Of a stretch of DNA of 64,000 nt, positions 51,705-61,691 are shown piece after piece. The position numbers and the translations under genes are program-made. The stretch is from an uncultured Methanoregulaceae archaeon (GTDB taxonomy: Archaea > Halobacteriota > Methanomicrobia > Methanomicrobiales > Methanospirillaceae), in assembly GCA_963701095.1 (NCBI GenBank), contig OY969564.1, positions 2,528,001 to 2,592,000 on the forward strand, given 5' to 3'. Under the pieces are notes generated by a model. It did not search any database. It was not told the origin of the DNA and saw nothing but the letters and a program-made list of their open reading frames with translations. Position 1 is the first letter of the stretch, and each line of letters begins with the position of its first letter.

Positions 51705-52571
51705 ATGAAACCTACAAAGAACGTCGGTTTTATCGGCCTTGGACATCTCGGCCATTCAATAGCAGCGCATCTGGTTGAACAGGGTGTTTCACTCACCGTA
51801 TGGAATCGGACAGCAGCAAAGGCAGACGATCTTGGCATGCAGGGAGCCAAGTCTCCCGGAGATCTGATAAGTCGTGTCGATGTCGTTATTCTCAATCTTT
51901 TTGACAGCGATGCTGTGGCATCAGTCCTTGCCGGGAAAGACGGGCTTTTCTCTGGATCCTGCAAAGGAAAGATTATCATCGATACTACGACAAATCATTT
52001 CGCGCGGGTTGTTGAATTTCATTCCCTGGTACGCGAACACGGTGCTACCTATCTTGAATGCCCGGTGCTTGGGAGCGTTGTTCCTGCATCCCAGGGAAAA
52101 CTTACAGTTCTCGTGAGCGGGGATGAGCAAGCTTACGCATCGGTTAAACCCCTTCTTGCTCTTATTGGCTCCGCCGTGTTTTACCTCAGGGAACCTGCTC
52201 TTGCAACAAAGATGAAACTGGTCAACAACCTTGTTCTTGGTTCTTTTATGGCAACCTGTGCTGAAGCAGTGGCATTGGGGGAAGCTGCAGGTATCCGGCG
52301 GGATGAGGTGATCGATATCCTGCTTTCCGGGGCCGGCAATTCTATGATTCTTTCAGCAAAAAAAGATAAACTGAAAAACGCTGAGTTTTCGCCTCATTTT
52401 TCCTCAGCACTTATCTACAAGGATCTGCATTATCTCCAGGACCTTTGCCGAACCCTGAATAAACCGCTGTTTATTGGTAGCACGGTAAAGGAGCTGTATG
52501 CCATTACGCGGTCGAAAGGCGTCGACAACCGTGATTTCTCCGCAATATACGAAATTTTTAAAGAATTCTGA
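51705..52571 (+). CDS. NAD(P)-dependent oxidoreductase, 3-hydroxyisobutyrate dehydrogenase family
   Basis: GFIGLG, WNRT, CPVLGS, KLVNN and KDL motifs. Confidence 0.9.
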   Translation: MKPTKNVGFIGLGHLGHSIAAHLVEQGVSLTVWNRTAAKADDLGMQGAKSPGDLISRVDVVILNLFDSDAVASVLAGKDGLFSGSCKGKIIIDTTTNHFARVVEFHSLVREHGATYLECPVLGSVVPASQGKLTVLVSGDEQAYASVKPLLALIGSAVFYLREPALATKMKLVNNLVLGSFMATCAEAVALGEAAGIRRDEVIDILLSGAGNSMILSAKKDKLKNAEFSPHFSSALIYKDLHYLQDLCRTLNKPLFIGSTVKELYAITRSKGVDNRDFSAIYEIFKEF

Positions 52572-52605
52572 TCAAAAAAACAATATTTTCGTTCCTAACG
52601 GATGT

Positions 52606-53403
52606 TTAAGAGACTTCCAGATCGAATACCCACCGGCTCACAGCAGGTGCAACATTACCACACCTCCTTCGAATGAGCACCCGATAACCTCTTTTTACAA
52701 ATTCATCCTCCATTATTTCGCTCTGTGCCCGGTTTTTAAACGTGTAGAAATGAATTATACCGCTGCGTCTTACGCGAGGTGCTACCAGGTCAAGTATTTG
52801 GTCCCTGCCATACGGTGTCGGAATAATCGCCCGGTCAAACGGATCTACGGGGAGAATCTCCGGATTGAATGCATCTCCCCGGATACCGGCAATTTTACCG
52901 ATAACCTTGTTTTCCCGAATATTTTCCTCAAGCCAGTAAAATGCATCCGGGTTCTGCTCAATTGCAACTACATATGCACCACGGGCAGCGGCAGGTATTA
53001 CAAACGGTCCGACACCAGAGAACGGAACAAGAACTTGTTCCCCCGCCTTGATCTGGCTGGTCACTCTCCTTCGTTCCTGCGCCAAACGGGGATTAAAAAA
53101 ACTCGAATTCAGGTCAAGGGAATACGAAAACCCAAATTCGTGGTGAGTGGTCACCGTACCGTTTCCGACTATAACTGCGTAATGGGCAGTGCGAAAATTC
53201 CCTGTCATATCTGAATTTTTGTTAACTACAGTTCGGATTCCGTGCCGGTGTTCCAGGATGGCATTTGCAATAATGTGATCATATTTTTTGAGAGAGGGTG
53301 GAAGTGCCACTATTGCAATATCACCAATTACATCGAAACGGCCAGAGAAGTCCCTGAGCTCATGGTGTGGGATTAGAGTGGCCAGTTTATCCAGGATTTT
53401 CAT
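52606..53403 (-). CDS. Trm5/Met-10+ family SAM-dependent methyltransferase
   Basis: FDVIGDIAI, FFNPRLAQER, PFSGVGPF and EQNPDA motifs. Confidence 0.85.
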   Translation of the reverse strand: MKILDKLATLIPHHELRDFSGRFDVIGDIAIVALPPSLKKYDHIIANAILEHRHGIRTVVNKNSDMTGNFRTAHYAVIVGNGTVTTHHEFGFSYSLDLNSSFFNPRLAQERRRVTSQIKAGEQVLVPFSGVGPFVIPAAARGAYVVAIEQNPDAFYWLEENIRENKVIGKIAGIRGDAFNPEILPVDPFDRAIIPTPYGRDQILDLVAPRVRRSGIIHFYTFKNRAQSEIMEDEFVKRGYRVLIRRRCGNVAPAVSRWVFDLEVS

Positions 53404-53564
53404 GGATACAGATTCCGGTACGTCTATTTGAGGTTAAAATCTCTTTGCAGCGGATATGTCAGAATCCAAATATATCCGTGAGTATAATATCCGGACACAG
53501 CCTTTGTATGGAAAACATCAATGAGGATTTCATAGGTTCAATTATATGGTGATTTTGTGTGATT

Positions 53565-54188
53565 ATGTCTGGATCTGGTTTTTTCAAAGGTTATCCCTCA
53601 CCCCAAAACATCGTCACCCACGATCAGGTCCACTTCCGCGTGCATCCCGTGCCATACCGGCAAATCCATGAAGTACCCGAATATCATTTTGATGATATTC
53701 TCAGAGAAGATCGCGTCATCGATATCGGGGCAAATGTCGGAGCATTCTGTATAAGGGCAGCCCGTGTAGCCGATCATGTTGTCGCGGTGGAGCCGATAAC
53801 TTGCGATATTCTCGAAGAAAATATTGCCCTTAACCTCGAGAAGGTTTTGGTCATCAAAGGAGCACTTGGTACAGGACATCCAGCAGAAATCGTATGGGAT
53901 GAATATAAGGTTATAACGGCCACATTAACTCTAAAAGACCTGATCAAAATCGCCGGAGGGTGCGATTTCCTGAAGTGTGATGCAGAAGGGGCAGAATGGT
54001 TGATCCGCCCGCAGGATCTCGCCGGGATAAGAAGAATAGAAATGGAATTACATTTCCCTCCGATCGGCCCGCCTCCAAATCCGGCATTGCTGGAATTTAT
54101 CGCAGATAATTATCTCTTCTCCCTCGACCGCTTACCGGTACATGACACGTTAGGCGTGATGGGTATTTTGCATGCGGTATTGAAATAG
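53565..54188 (+). CDS. FkbM-family methyltransferase
   Basis: VIDIGANVG, AVEP, FLKCDAEGAE and EMELH motifs. Confidence 0.85.
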   Translation: MSGSGFFKGYPSPQNIVTHDQVHFRVHPVPYRQIHEVPEYHFDDILREDRVIDIGANVGAFCIRAARVADHVVAVEPITCDILEENIALNLEKVLVIKGALGTGHPAEIVWDEYKVITATLTLKDLIKIAGGCDFLKCDAEGAEWLIRPQDLAGIRRIEMELHFPPIGPPPNPALLEFIADNYLFSLDRLPVHDTLGVMGILHAVLK

Positions 54189-54218
54189 ATGGTAACGGGC
54201 CCATAAGTAAGATAGTCC

Positions 54219-54641
54219 TTATTCTTCGATTTGGATAGTAGTGAGTTTTACCGATTCGACCCCTTTCTGGGACATAAGCCTCTCGGCCAGAGCCTTAAGT
54301 TGTGCACCGTCTCCGTGAACAAGGATCACTTCAAGGCACCGGTTATGCGTTACATGCGAATGAAGGGATGCCTTGATGATCTCATGGAATTCGTGCTGAA
54401 CGTCCGTGATAGTTGTAAGAAGGCCTCGCTGGTCGTGATCGTAGACCATCGTGATCACCCCTTCCCGTTCTCCTTTGACATCCGCCATCCACCGGTAATA
54501 GGTAATATATGTGCGGATGGCATCCCGAATACCTTCAGACCGGGAGGAATATCCCCGGGCATTGATAATTTCATCGAACCGGTCGAGTAGATTTTTGGGG
54601 AGAGATATCCCGATACGGGAAAGATCATTATCAAGGGTCAT
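54219..54641 (-). CDS. nikR: Nickel-responsive regulator
   Basis: RIGISLP..GYSSRSEGIRDAIR RHH; YDH, QH and HSH..H..CLE metal site. Confidence 0.96.
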   Translation of the reverse strand: MTLDNDLSRIGISLPKNLLDRFDEIINARGYSSRSEGIRDAIRTYITYYRWMADVKGEREGVITMVYDHDQRGLLTTITDVQHEFHEIIKASLHSHVTHNRCLEVILVHGDGAQLKALAERLMSQKGVESVKLTTIQIEE

Positions 54642-55261
54642 AAGATCAGGTATGTGAATATCATAGCTGCTTGTTTTTTAAGGTTTTGAAAAACGGGGAA
54701 ATCCGGTAGTACTTCGTAAGATAAATTATAGAGAACTCCCGCATGTTTTTCGTTTTATGACATCATAATGAAAAAACAGGGCTAGATTCGCGGATTAATT
54801 TTTAAAATTGCCTATCTCTAACAGTAGATTTTGACACCGGGCCTTAAGAGACGGTTGTATGTTTCTGCTCGAAATATAGATGGGCCGGTGTCACGAATTA
54901 TTTTATCTGCTGTTTCCGAACAAAGCTCGTGTATTTTCTTGTTCCTATGTCTGTGTGCATGTGTGCCCTTTGGGTGCGTGCTTTTTCCAAAGAGACAGTT
55001 TCTCTATTGGTCAGTCTCTATTATAATATTTTCCTTTTAACTTTAAAAATGAGTTAAGTACAAACAGCTGTCTAAATTCAGCAATGAATCATTATAGTGG
55101 GCGATTTTCTCTTTTTCTCATAAATCTATAAAAAAATGGGAGAGAGATTAAGTAGATTATTGTATACAAAATGAAAAATTTATGTACTATTTTCGCTACC
55201 ATTTTTTGTAACAATCAAACGGAATCGCAAATACCAAAGCTATTTAACTACTAGGTATCAC

Positions 55262-55274
55262 ATTATGTCATAAT
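55262..55274. promoter_or_regulatory. Palindrome attatg-t-cataat downstream of a TATA-like box, upstream of the Q gene
   Basis: Perfect 6-bp inverted repeat; TTTAA at 55243-55247; related ttatga-ca-tcataa at 54755-54768 upstream of nikR. Confidence 0.45.
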
Positions 55275-55348
55275 CGTAGCAACATATTTCCCGGATTCAT
55301 CCCGATCTTAGGAAGAACAGAATCTGGGATTACAGGAATGAAAATTCT

Positions 55349-56290
55349 ATGATACCGGAGTGGATGCAGAAGATCGAAACCGGACCATGCGCCTGTTGTA
55401 CTGTCGGAATGTGCAAAAAGAAAGGTTTTGTCCAGAAATCTATCTCCGATATCTTTACTTTTTTTGAGGAATGCCTGGTAAATGACAGCATTGCGCAGAG
55501 AAAAGGGCTGTTGCAGAGTCTGGATCCTCGCATAAAACTGGTATCGATTATCGTCCTTATCTTTGCTGTAGCAATGACCCGCAACATCTTCCTTCTTGCA
55601 ATTGTGTATCTGCTTACGCTCATCTTTGCCTGGGCAAGCAGGATAGAACTCGGGTTTTTCATAAAACGCGTCTGGGTGTTTATCCCGATTTTTGCGGGCA
55701 TCATTATGATCCCGATTCTCTTTAACGTGTTTATGCCAGGTGATGCATTGTTTACTCTTGGGACCCTCGGCCCGAATGCACACCTTGGTCCATTCGCGCT
55801 TCCTCCTGTCCTGACAATCACCCGGCAGGGCGTAATGGTGGCTGCACTCTTTGTGTTGAGAGTGGCCACCTGCGTGTCAGCTGCAGTGCTGCTTTTCCTG
55901 ACAACACCCCGGGCCCTGCTTTTTAAATCCTTACGCTCTCTCAAAGTACCTAAGGTTTACGTCCTTACCTTGGATATGTGCTACCGGTATATTTTCCTCT
56001 TTACCAGTATGGTCAGAGATTTTTATACGGCGAAGAAAAGCAGAACGCTCAAAACCCTGCCCATGATTGAAGAACAAAAATGGGTTGGCGGCCGTGTTGG
56101 CTATACGCTCATTAAAGCATTGAACATGAGCGAAAAGGTGCACGGCGCAATGGTTTCGCGGGGGTTCAACGGCGATATCAAGATCATGCACCGTTATGTA
56201 TTGCACCGGCGTGATTACGTGGCTTGCGTGAGTGTATTTGCACTCAGTTTTTTCCTGGTGCTGGTCTCCCAGAATATAATATGGATTTAA
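55349..56290 (+). CDS. Ni/Co ECF transporter T component (NikQ/CbiQ)
   Basis: LDPRIKL, YRYIF and AMVSRGFNG motifs. Confidence 0.9.
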   Translation: MIPEWMQKIETGPCACCTVGMCKKKGFVQKSISDIFTFFEECLVNDSIAQRKGLLQSLDPRIKLVSIIVLIFAVAMTRNIFLLAIVYLLTLIFAWASRIELGFFIKRVWVFIPIFAGIIMIPILFNVFMPGDALFTLGTLGPNAHLGPFALPPVLTITRQGVMVAALFVLRVATCVSAAVLLFLTTPRALLFKSLRSLKVPKVYVLTLDMCYRYIFLFTSMVRDFYTAKKSRTLKTLPMIEEQKWVGGRVGYTLIKALNMSEKVHGAMVSRGFNGDIKIMHRYVLHRRDYVACVSVFALSFFLVLVSQNIIWI

Positions 56291-56308
56291 CGAGGAGACA
56301 CGAAAATC

Positions 56309-57148
56309 ATGGAACCAATCTTCGATCTGCGCAACGTTTCCTACACATACCTGAGACGGTTTGAGGCACTTCGGGATGTGACGGCATCATTTTACGCTGG
56401 CGAACAAGTTGCCATACTCGGTGCAAACGGAAGTGGCAAATCGACACTTCTTGCGATTTTAAATGCCTTAAATTACCCGACATCGGGAGAATTTTATGCA
56501 TTTGGAACCCCGATAAAAGAAGAAGTATTCGATACACTCGAGGATAACAAATTCAATCGTTTTTTCCGGACAAAAGTCGGTTTTTTATTCCAGAACCCTG
56601 ACATCCAGCTCTTCTCATCAACAGTCTTTGATGAGATTGCCTTTGGTCCGCTCCAGCTTGATTTACCTCCTGATGAAGTCCAGAAAAGGACAGAAGATGT
56701 TATCGCTATGCTTGGGATCGAAAACCTACAGGACCGGGCCCCCCATATGCTAAGCGGCGGTGAAAAGAAAAAAGTCTGCATCGCATCTATTCTGTCGACA
56801 AATCCTGATGTCCTGCTTCTTGATGAGCCGACCGGAGGGCTTGACCCCCGCAGCCAGGTGTGGCTGATTGAACTTATCCAGAATCTTTCAAAGTGCGGTA
56901 AAACCATTATTACAGCAACACACGACCTCGACATCGTCGAACAGATCAGCACCCGTGCCCTCGTGGTCGGGGAAGACCATACGATAAAAGTGGATGCTGA
57001 TTGTGCGAGTGTCATGAACAATATGGATCTGCTGATATCCGCTAATCTAGTCCACCGGCACAAGCACCGCCATGGCAAACTTCAGCATGAGCACCTTCAT
57101 GCCCACTCACGGGAACATGATCATGTGCATGGTCCGGGTGTGGCGTAG
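56309..57148 (+). CDS. Ni/Co ECF transporter ATPase (NikO/CbiO) with His-rich tail
   Basis: GANGSGKS, FQNPDIQLF, LSGGEKKK and DEPT motifs; HRHKHRH..HEHLHAH tail. Confidence 0.93.
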   Translation: MEPIFDLRNVSYTYLRRFEALRDVTASFYAGEQVAILGANGSGKSTLLAILNALNYPTSGEFYAFGTPIKEEVFDTLEDNKFNRFFRTKVGFLFQNPDIQLFSSTVFDEIAFGPLQLDLPPDEVQKRTEDVIAMLGIENLQDRAPHMLSGGEKKKVCIASILSTNPDVLLLDEPTGGLDPRSQVWLIELIQNLSKCGKTIITATHDLDIVEQISTRALVVGEDHTIKVDADCASVMNNMDLLISANLVHRHKHRHGKLQHEHLHAHSREHDHVHGPGVA

Positions 57149-57272
57149 GTTATTTCCGGCCTAATAATAAGTTTTTCACCGACGTTCTGGGTTCGGTTAA
57201 CTTAGTAAGGGATCGTATATTTTACCAGGTGTTGTAAAGTCTATAATCTCCTAACTCGTTAACAGATCCTCA

Positions 57273-58052
57273 CTAATCGTCGGGGATAATCAAATCGTGG
57301 ATCTTGTGTTCAAGTGGGGTGTTCTCCAGTCTCTTGACAAAATTCGGGGACTCTTCGTCAACGATAACAATCGCTGAGGTAATGCCGTGATATGCGGCAT
57401 CGATTACACCTTCGGCGGATCCAAAAAAAATGTCGGGGGTCCTGCCAATGGATTTCAGTGCGACTGATGCTTCGATCCCGACAGCCGCGGTTAATCCGGC
57501 CATAGCAACAATCTTTTTGAGTTTATCCTTCCTGACGCTGTTTGAACCCCCACGCTGGATCCGGGGGACTATGCAGACATGGATAACCCCCTCTTGATGC
57601 TCGATTATCCCATTCACATCGAAAATTCCAACATCAGCATTCTTCTTTGCATCCGCATAGACCGTTGCTGTTGCCGAAGTTGGGTTCTTCCCTGCATAGA
57701 GATACCCATCCTTCATATAAAGGCCGGCGATATCGCCCTTTTTCATGTCATCGGCAGCAATTGCGGTCCAAACCGAGACATGCTTGATGATGTCGCGCCT
57801 GATATGCCGGACATATAATTCCAGGGTAGCTGCATTCTCCATGACCCATGCCATCCCGGTTTTGGTCACTGCATAATTGCTTCGACCGCTCACGGCTACC
57901 ATACCCTCTTCAACCAGATCGCGGATGTATTCGGAAACTGCCTGGGGTGTCATGCCAATCTTGTCGGCAATCTCCATCTGGCGTACAGCCGGCTGGCGTT
58001 CGGCAATTTCTACAAGGATCTGGAAGCGCGAGACATCGCCTTTGCTCCGCAT
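57273..58052 (-). CDS. Archaeal wHTH transcriptional regulator (COG1497-like) with C-terminal alpha/beta domain
   Basis: RFQILVEIAERQP..EIADKIGMTPQAVSEYIRDLVEEG; start may lie ~40 bp further upstream. Confidence 0.85.
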   Translation of the reverse strand: MRSKGDVSRFQILVEIAERQPAVRQMEIADKIGMTPQAVSEYIRDLVEEGMVAVSGRSNYAVTKTGMAWVMENAATLELYVRHIRRDIIKHVSVWTAIAADDMKKGDIAGLYMKDGYLYAGKNPTSATATVYADAKKNADVGIFDVNGIIEHQEGVIHVCIVPRIQRGGSNSVRKDKLKKIVAMAGLTAAVGIEASVALKSIGRTPDIFFGSAEGVIDAAYHGITSAIVIVDEESPNFVKRLENTPLEHKIHDLIIPDD

Positions 58053-58251
58053 AAGGAAGGGTATGGGTCCTTTTGTATCCTGGGTCAGTTTGCATCAGCT
58101 CCAACGTCTTATATGCTAGGAAAAAGAGTGACGACCGTGAGTTGATTATTCTTTCGGGTATGCTGAAGATTGTCGATTTATTTGAGATTTTTCCGAATTG
58201 AAATATTGGCCATCAATCGTAAATGCATCAGAACCAAATTTAGCAAGATTT

Positions 58252-58272
58252 ATTTACTTTTATCAAGTAAAT
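58252..58272. promoter_or_regulatory. Palindrome atttactt-N5-aagtaaat over the cbiM promoter
   Basis: Perfect 8-bp inverted repeat ending 17 bp before the cbiM ATG, overlapping an AT-rich TATA-like stretch. Confidence 0.55.
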
Positions 58273-58288
58273 TTGATCTCGTGTTATT

Positions 58289-58987
58289 ATGCATATAATG
58301 GAAGGATATCTGCCCTGGCAGTGGTGCGTCTTCTGGTACCTCGTATCAGCACCGTTCATCATTTACGGGATTTACCTCTTGAATAAACAGGTTAAGGAAC
58401 ATCGTGAAACCCTCTCGCTGCTTGCAGTCTCAGGCGCCTTCATCTTCCTTCTCTCATCGTTGAAAATGCCGTCTCCCGTTGTGGGAAGTTGTTCCCATCC
58501 CACGGGAACAGGGTTGTCGACCGTGCTGTTCGGGCCGTTTATTACCTGTGTCCTCAGCGTCATCGTGCTTATATTCCAGGCACTTTTCATGGCCCACGGG
58601 GGAATTACCACACTTGGTGCGAATGATTTCTCGATGGGGATTGCAGGACCGCTCCTAGGGTATGCGGTTTACCGGGTGGCAAAAGCAGTGAATCTGAACA
58701 TATTCGTAAATATCTTTCTCGTCGCATTTGTCGCGGATCTCTTTACTTATGTCATCACGGCAATCGAGCTCGCAGCGGCATTCCCGGCAACCCACGGGGG
58801 GTTCCTTATCTCATTTGAAACTTTCTTTGCAATCTATGCGATTACCCAGGTACCCCTTGCGATCGTTGAAGGACTCCTTATCGCGCTCGTGTTCAAATAT
58901 ATTGTCCAGAGCCGTGGCGATATCCTTGTCAAACTCAAAGTGCTTACGCCTGAACAGGTTACAAAAATCATGGAGGGATTCAAATGA
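58289..58987 (+). CDS. cbiM: Cobalt ECF transporter S component
   Basis: MHIMEGYLP N-terminus, SCSHPTG, AHGGITTLGAN and TQVPLAIVEG motifs. Confidence 0.96.
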   Translation: MHIMEGYLPWQWCVFWYLVSAPFIIYGIYLLNKQVKEHRETLSLLAVSGAFIFLLSSLKMPSPVVGSCSHPTGTGLSTVLFGPFITCVLSVIVLIFQALFMAHGGITTLGANDFSMGIAGPLLGYAVYRVAKAVNLNIFVNIFLVAFVADLFTYVITAIELAAAFPATHGGFLISFETFFAIYAITQVPLAIVEGLLIALVFKYIVQSRGDILVKLKVLTPEQVTKIMEGFK

Positions 58988-59292
58988 TTCCCAGATTTTT
59001 CATAAAGTACAAACTCGAAATCATCTTTATTGTGTTTATCATTGCATTCGCAGCGTTGTTTCTTTACGAGCAAAATGCCCAGACCCAGGCAAAATGGGAG
59101 GGATCGGACGATCAGGGCAGTGCAGCCATTGAGGCAACAGGATACACACCGTGGATTCAGCCGCTCTGGACCCCGCCCAGTTCCGAGGTTGAGTCGCTGC
59201 TCTTCAGCATCCAGTCCGGCCTTGGGGCATTTGTGATCGGGTACTTCTTCGGGTTTTACCGGGGAAAACGGGATAGTGGGAACCCCACGTAA
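58984..59292 (+). CDS. cbiN: Cobalt transport protein CbiN
   Basis: WEGSDDQG..GYTPW..PLWTPPSSEVESLLFSIQ..G. Confidence 0.93.
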   Translation: MIPRFFIKYKLEIIFIVFIIAFAALFLYEQNAQTQAKWEGSDDQGSAAIEATGYTPWIQPLWTPPSSEVESLLFSIQSGLGAFVIGYFFGFYRGKRDSGNPT

Positions 59293-59339
59293 CTACCCAT
59301 TTTATTGACGTCCAGGACGTCCGAAGATAGGTACTCACT

Positions 59340-60134
59340 ATGACATTTATGGAAGAGAACTTGGATTACTATGCCCAGTCAAACGCCTTACGGGATGTAA
59401 ACTGCTATCTCAAACTCGCTCTTGGTATGGGGGCAATATTCATCTGTGTTGCCTCCCCGGCGCCGCTGGCACCTCTGTTTATCCTCATTACTCTTTCGGC
59501 AATCACACTGGTATTCGCAAAAATACCGGTACGGGTCTATTTGGAACTCCTTCATATTCCCGTAATATTTGCGTTTTCCTCAGTGATCGTGATCCTGTTC
59601 TTAAGTGGGAGCGGAGACACTCTCCTTACGTTTACTTTCGCAAACGTCCCGCTGACTATCACGACAGGCTCCGCGAACCTTGCCTCCCTTGTCCTTGTCC
59701 GTACATTCGGCGGGATGTGTGGGCTTTTCTTCATTGCCTTAACCACACCCATGATCGAAATTTTTTCTGTCATGCACAAACTACGTTTCCCCCCTGTGAT
59801 TATTGATCTCTCCATGCTGATTTACCATTTTATCTTCGTTTTTATCGCCCAGACAATTGCAATCCATAACGCACAGACCATCCGGCATGGATATACCTCC
59901 TTCAAACGTTCTCTCAATTCAATGGCGATGCTTGGCGCTATGCTCTTCATCCGGGGATGGAAGGAAGCCGAAGACCTTATCATTGCGATGGACTCGCGGT
60001 GCTATGACGGCAAACTGGAACTGCCAAGTCAGCAGAATCCTCCTAAACCGGCGGCAATTATTTCGACAGTAGCCTATCTTGGTCTCTGCATTACTGTTGC
60101 GATTATAACAAGCACGATAGTGCCTTTCAGGTGA
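59340..60134 (+). CDS. cbiQ: Cobalt ECF T component
   Basis: ALTTPM, AQTIRHGY and AMDSRCYDG motifs. Confidence 0.93.
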   Translation: MTFMEENLDYYAQSNALRDVNCYLKLALGMGAIFICVASPAPLAPLFILITLSAITLVFAKIPVRVYLELLHIPVIFAFSSVIVILFLSGSGDTLLTFTFANVPLTITTGSANLASLVLVRTFGGMCGLFFIALTTPMIEIFSVMHKLRFPPVIIDLSMLIYHFIFVFIAQTIAIHNAQTIRHGYTSFKRSLNSMAMLGAMLFIRGWKEAEDLIIAMDSRCYDGKLELPSQQNPPKPAAIISTVAYLGLCITVAIITSTIVPFR

Positions 60135-60137
60135 AAA

Positions 60138-61304
60138 ATGACAAACCTGCTCGAATTTGATGATATCCATTATGCCTACCCCAGTTGCAAGGAATCACTT
60201 TCCGGCGTAACGTTCTCGATAAAAAAGGGAGCGAAGGTTGCGCTTGTCGGCCCCAACGGCGCCGGGAAAACCACACTGCTCCTGATGTGTAACGGGGTGC
60301 TTGAACCCTCGAAGGGCCGGGTGCTTCTCGATGGGGAACCCCTCAAATACAACAGCCGTTCTCTTCGCGAAGTACGCAAGAAAGTCGGGTTGGTTTTCCA
60401 GAATTCGGATACCCAGCTCTTCGCTCCGACGGTATACCAGGATGTAGCGTTCGGCCCCCTCAATCTCGGCATGACGCAGGAAGAAATCAAGTCGGCGGTT
60501 GCGCGATCACTTGCTGCTGTGGGTCTCACCGGGTATGAGAAGCGACCCCCTCATCAGTTAAGTGGTGGAGAGAAGAAACGGGCTGCAATCGCCGGAACAC
60601 TTGCGATGGAACCGGAGGTACTCGTTTTTGACGAACCAACTAGTTCGCTCGATCCTGCCGGGGCAGCGGATCTTATGGAACTTCTCGATGAATTCAATGC
60701 GAAGGGAACGACGATCATTATCTCCACGCATGATGTAGAACTCGCATATCTTTGGGCTGATCAGATCATTCTCATGAACAAGGGGACGGTGCTTCATGCG
60801 GGCACTCCCGAAGAAGTCTTTACTGATCCTGCGCTTGTCACATCCTCGAATCTTCGGATGCCTGCGGTTTTGGAAGTATACACAGAGCTTATCTCACGGC
60901 AGATGGTGGAAAAGACGAAGTCGCCTAAATCTGTCCTGCAGTTGGTAAGTTCGCTTGAACAGAGCTTCAATAACCCACGGAAGAACAGGTTTCTCGGAAC
61001 TATCACGGTCTGTGATGTTGATGCTACAAAATGCGATGATATCAAGACGTGGATAGCTGAACATCCGGGATTCCGATGTGGGGCTATGGGAGCCCGGGCG
61101 AAGAATATCGCCGAACATGAATCGATAAAACTCGATTTCACGTATGGTGTAATTGACAAAGGCATCCTTCGGGCACTCGTCGGGGAATGCTCGGTGCTCC
61201 TTACACCGGCGACTATGGTACCGCATGTGTTCCGGCGGGTTGAAACCTACTGCCGGGAGAGCGGTAATATAATTGCGGTCATCCTTATGAACGCCAAAAA
61301 TTAA
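60138..61304 (+). CDS. cbiO: Cobalt ECF ATPase with ~100-aa C-terminal extra domain
   Basis: GPNGAGKT, LSGGEKKR, DEPT and STHD motifs; extension from ~60996. Confidence 0.93.
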   Translation: MTNLLEFDDIHYAYPSCKESLSGVTFSIKKGAKVALVGPNGAGKTTLLLMCNGVLEPSKGRVLLDGEPLKYNSRSLREVRKKVGLVFQNSDTQLFAPTVYQDVAFGPLNLGMTQEEIKSAVARSLAAVGLTGYEKRPPHQLSGGEKKRAAIAGTLAMEPEVLVFDEPTSSLDPAGAADLMELLDEFNAKGTTIIISTHDVELAYLWADQIILMNKGTVLHAGTPEEVFTDPALVTSSNLRMPAVLEVYTELISRQMVEKTKSPKSVLQLVSSLEQSFNNPRKNRFLGTITVCDVDATKCDDIKTWIAEHPGFRCGAMGARAKNIAEHESIKLDFTYGVIDKGILRALVGECSVLLTPATMVPHVFRRVETYCRESGNIIAVILMNAKN

Positions 61305-61574
61305 TTCCTTTAATTAATGTTGTGAAGAATGGAGGGCGATGCGATTCAGTCTCTTTTTTAAGAATAGTAAACCTCCTACAAATAATAGCTATTAAAATAA
61401 AGGCGGTAAAATCAATCCTTGAACTGCATGATTGAACGGCCCTTATTCTGTGAAGTGGAAAATAATTTCATGTTCAATCTTTCATAATAAAAATTGGTAA
61501 TTGAAAGTATTCGGTTTTCAACGAAGGCCGGGGTCAGACCATTAATGAGGTTCCCCGGACTTGTTGAAGGAGGA

Positions 61575-61691
61575 TTATTTGGATTCCTTCTTGTGCGTTA
61601 GTGAAGTTCCTGCTTTTGTCGTACTTTTTTTTGGTTCGGTGTTTTTAGTATTGGACTTTGTGGTCATCGTTTTTTTTGTGTTTTCAACCAT
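61575..61691 (-). CDS. 38-aa Lys/Thr-rich microprotein, missing from the ORF track
   Basis: MVENTKKTMTTKSNTKNTEPKKSTTKAGTSLTHKKESK; preceded by SD-like AGGAGTTGAT. Confidence 0.55.
   Translation of the reverse strand: MVENTKKTMTTKSNTKNTEPKKSTTKAGTSLTHKKESK

Noticed and set aside
26334..57078. Many long antisense or overlapping ORFs (e.g. 28817-29596, 34047-34796, 39681-40397, 52498-53214, 56494-57078)
   Set aside because: Shadows of well-supported genes on the opposite strand, with no motifs of their own
58053..58288. Cobalamin riboswitch upstream of cbiM
   Set aside because: Short AT-rich gap with no B12-box recognisable by eye; the TATA-like sequence sits close to the ATG
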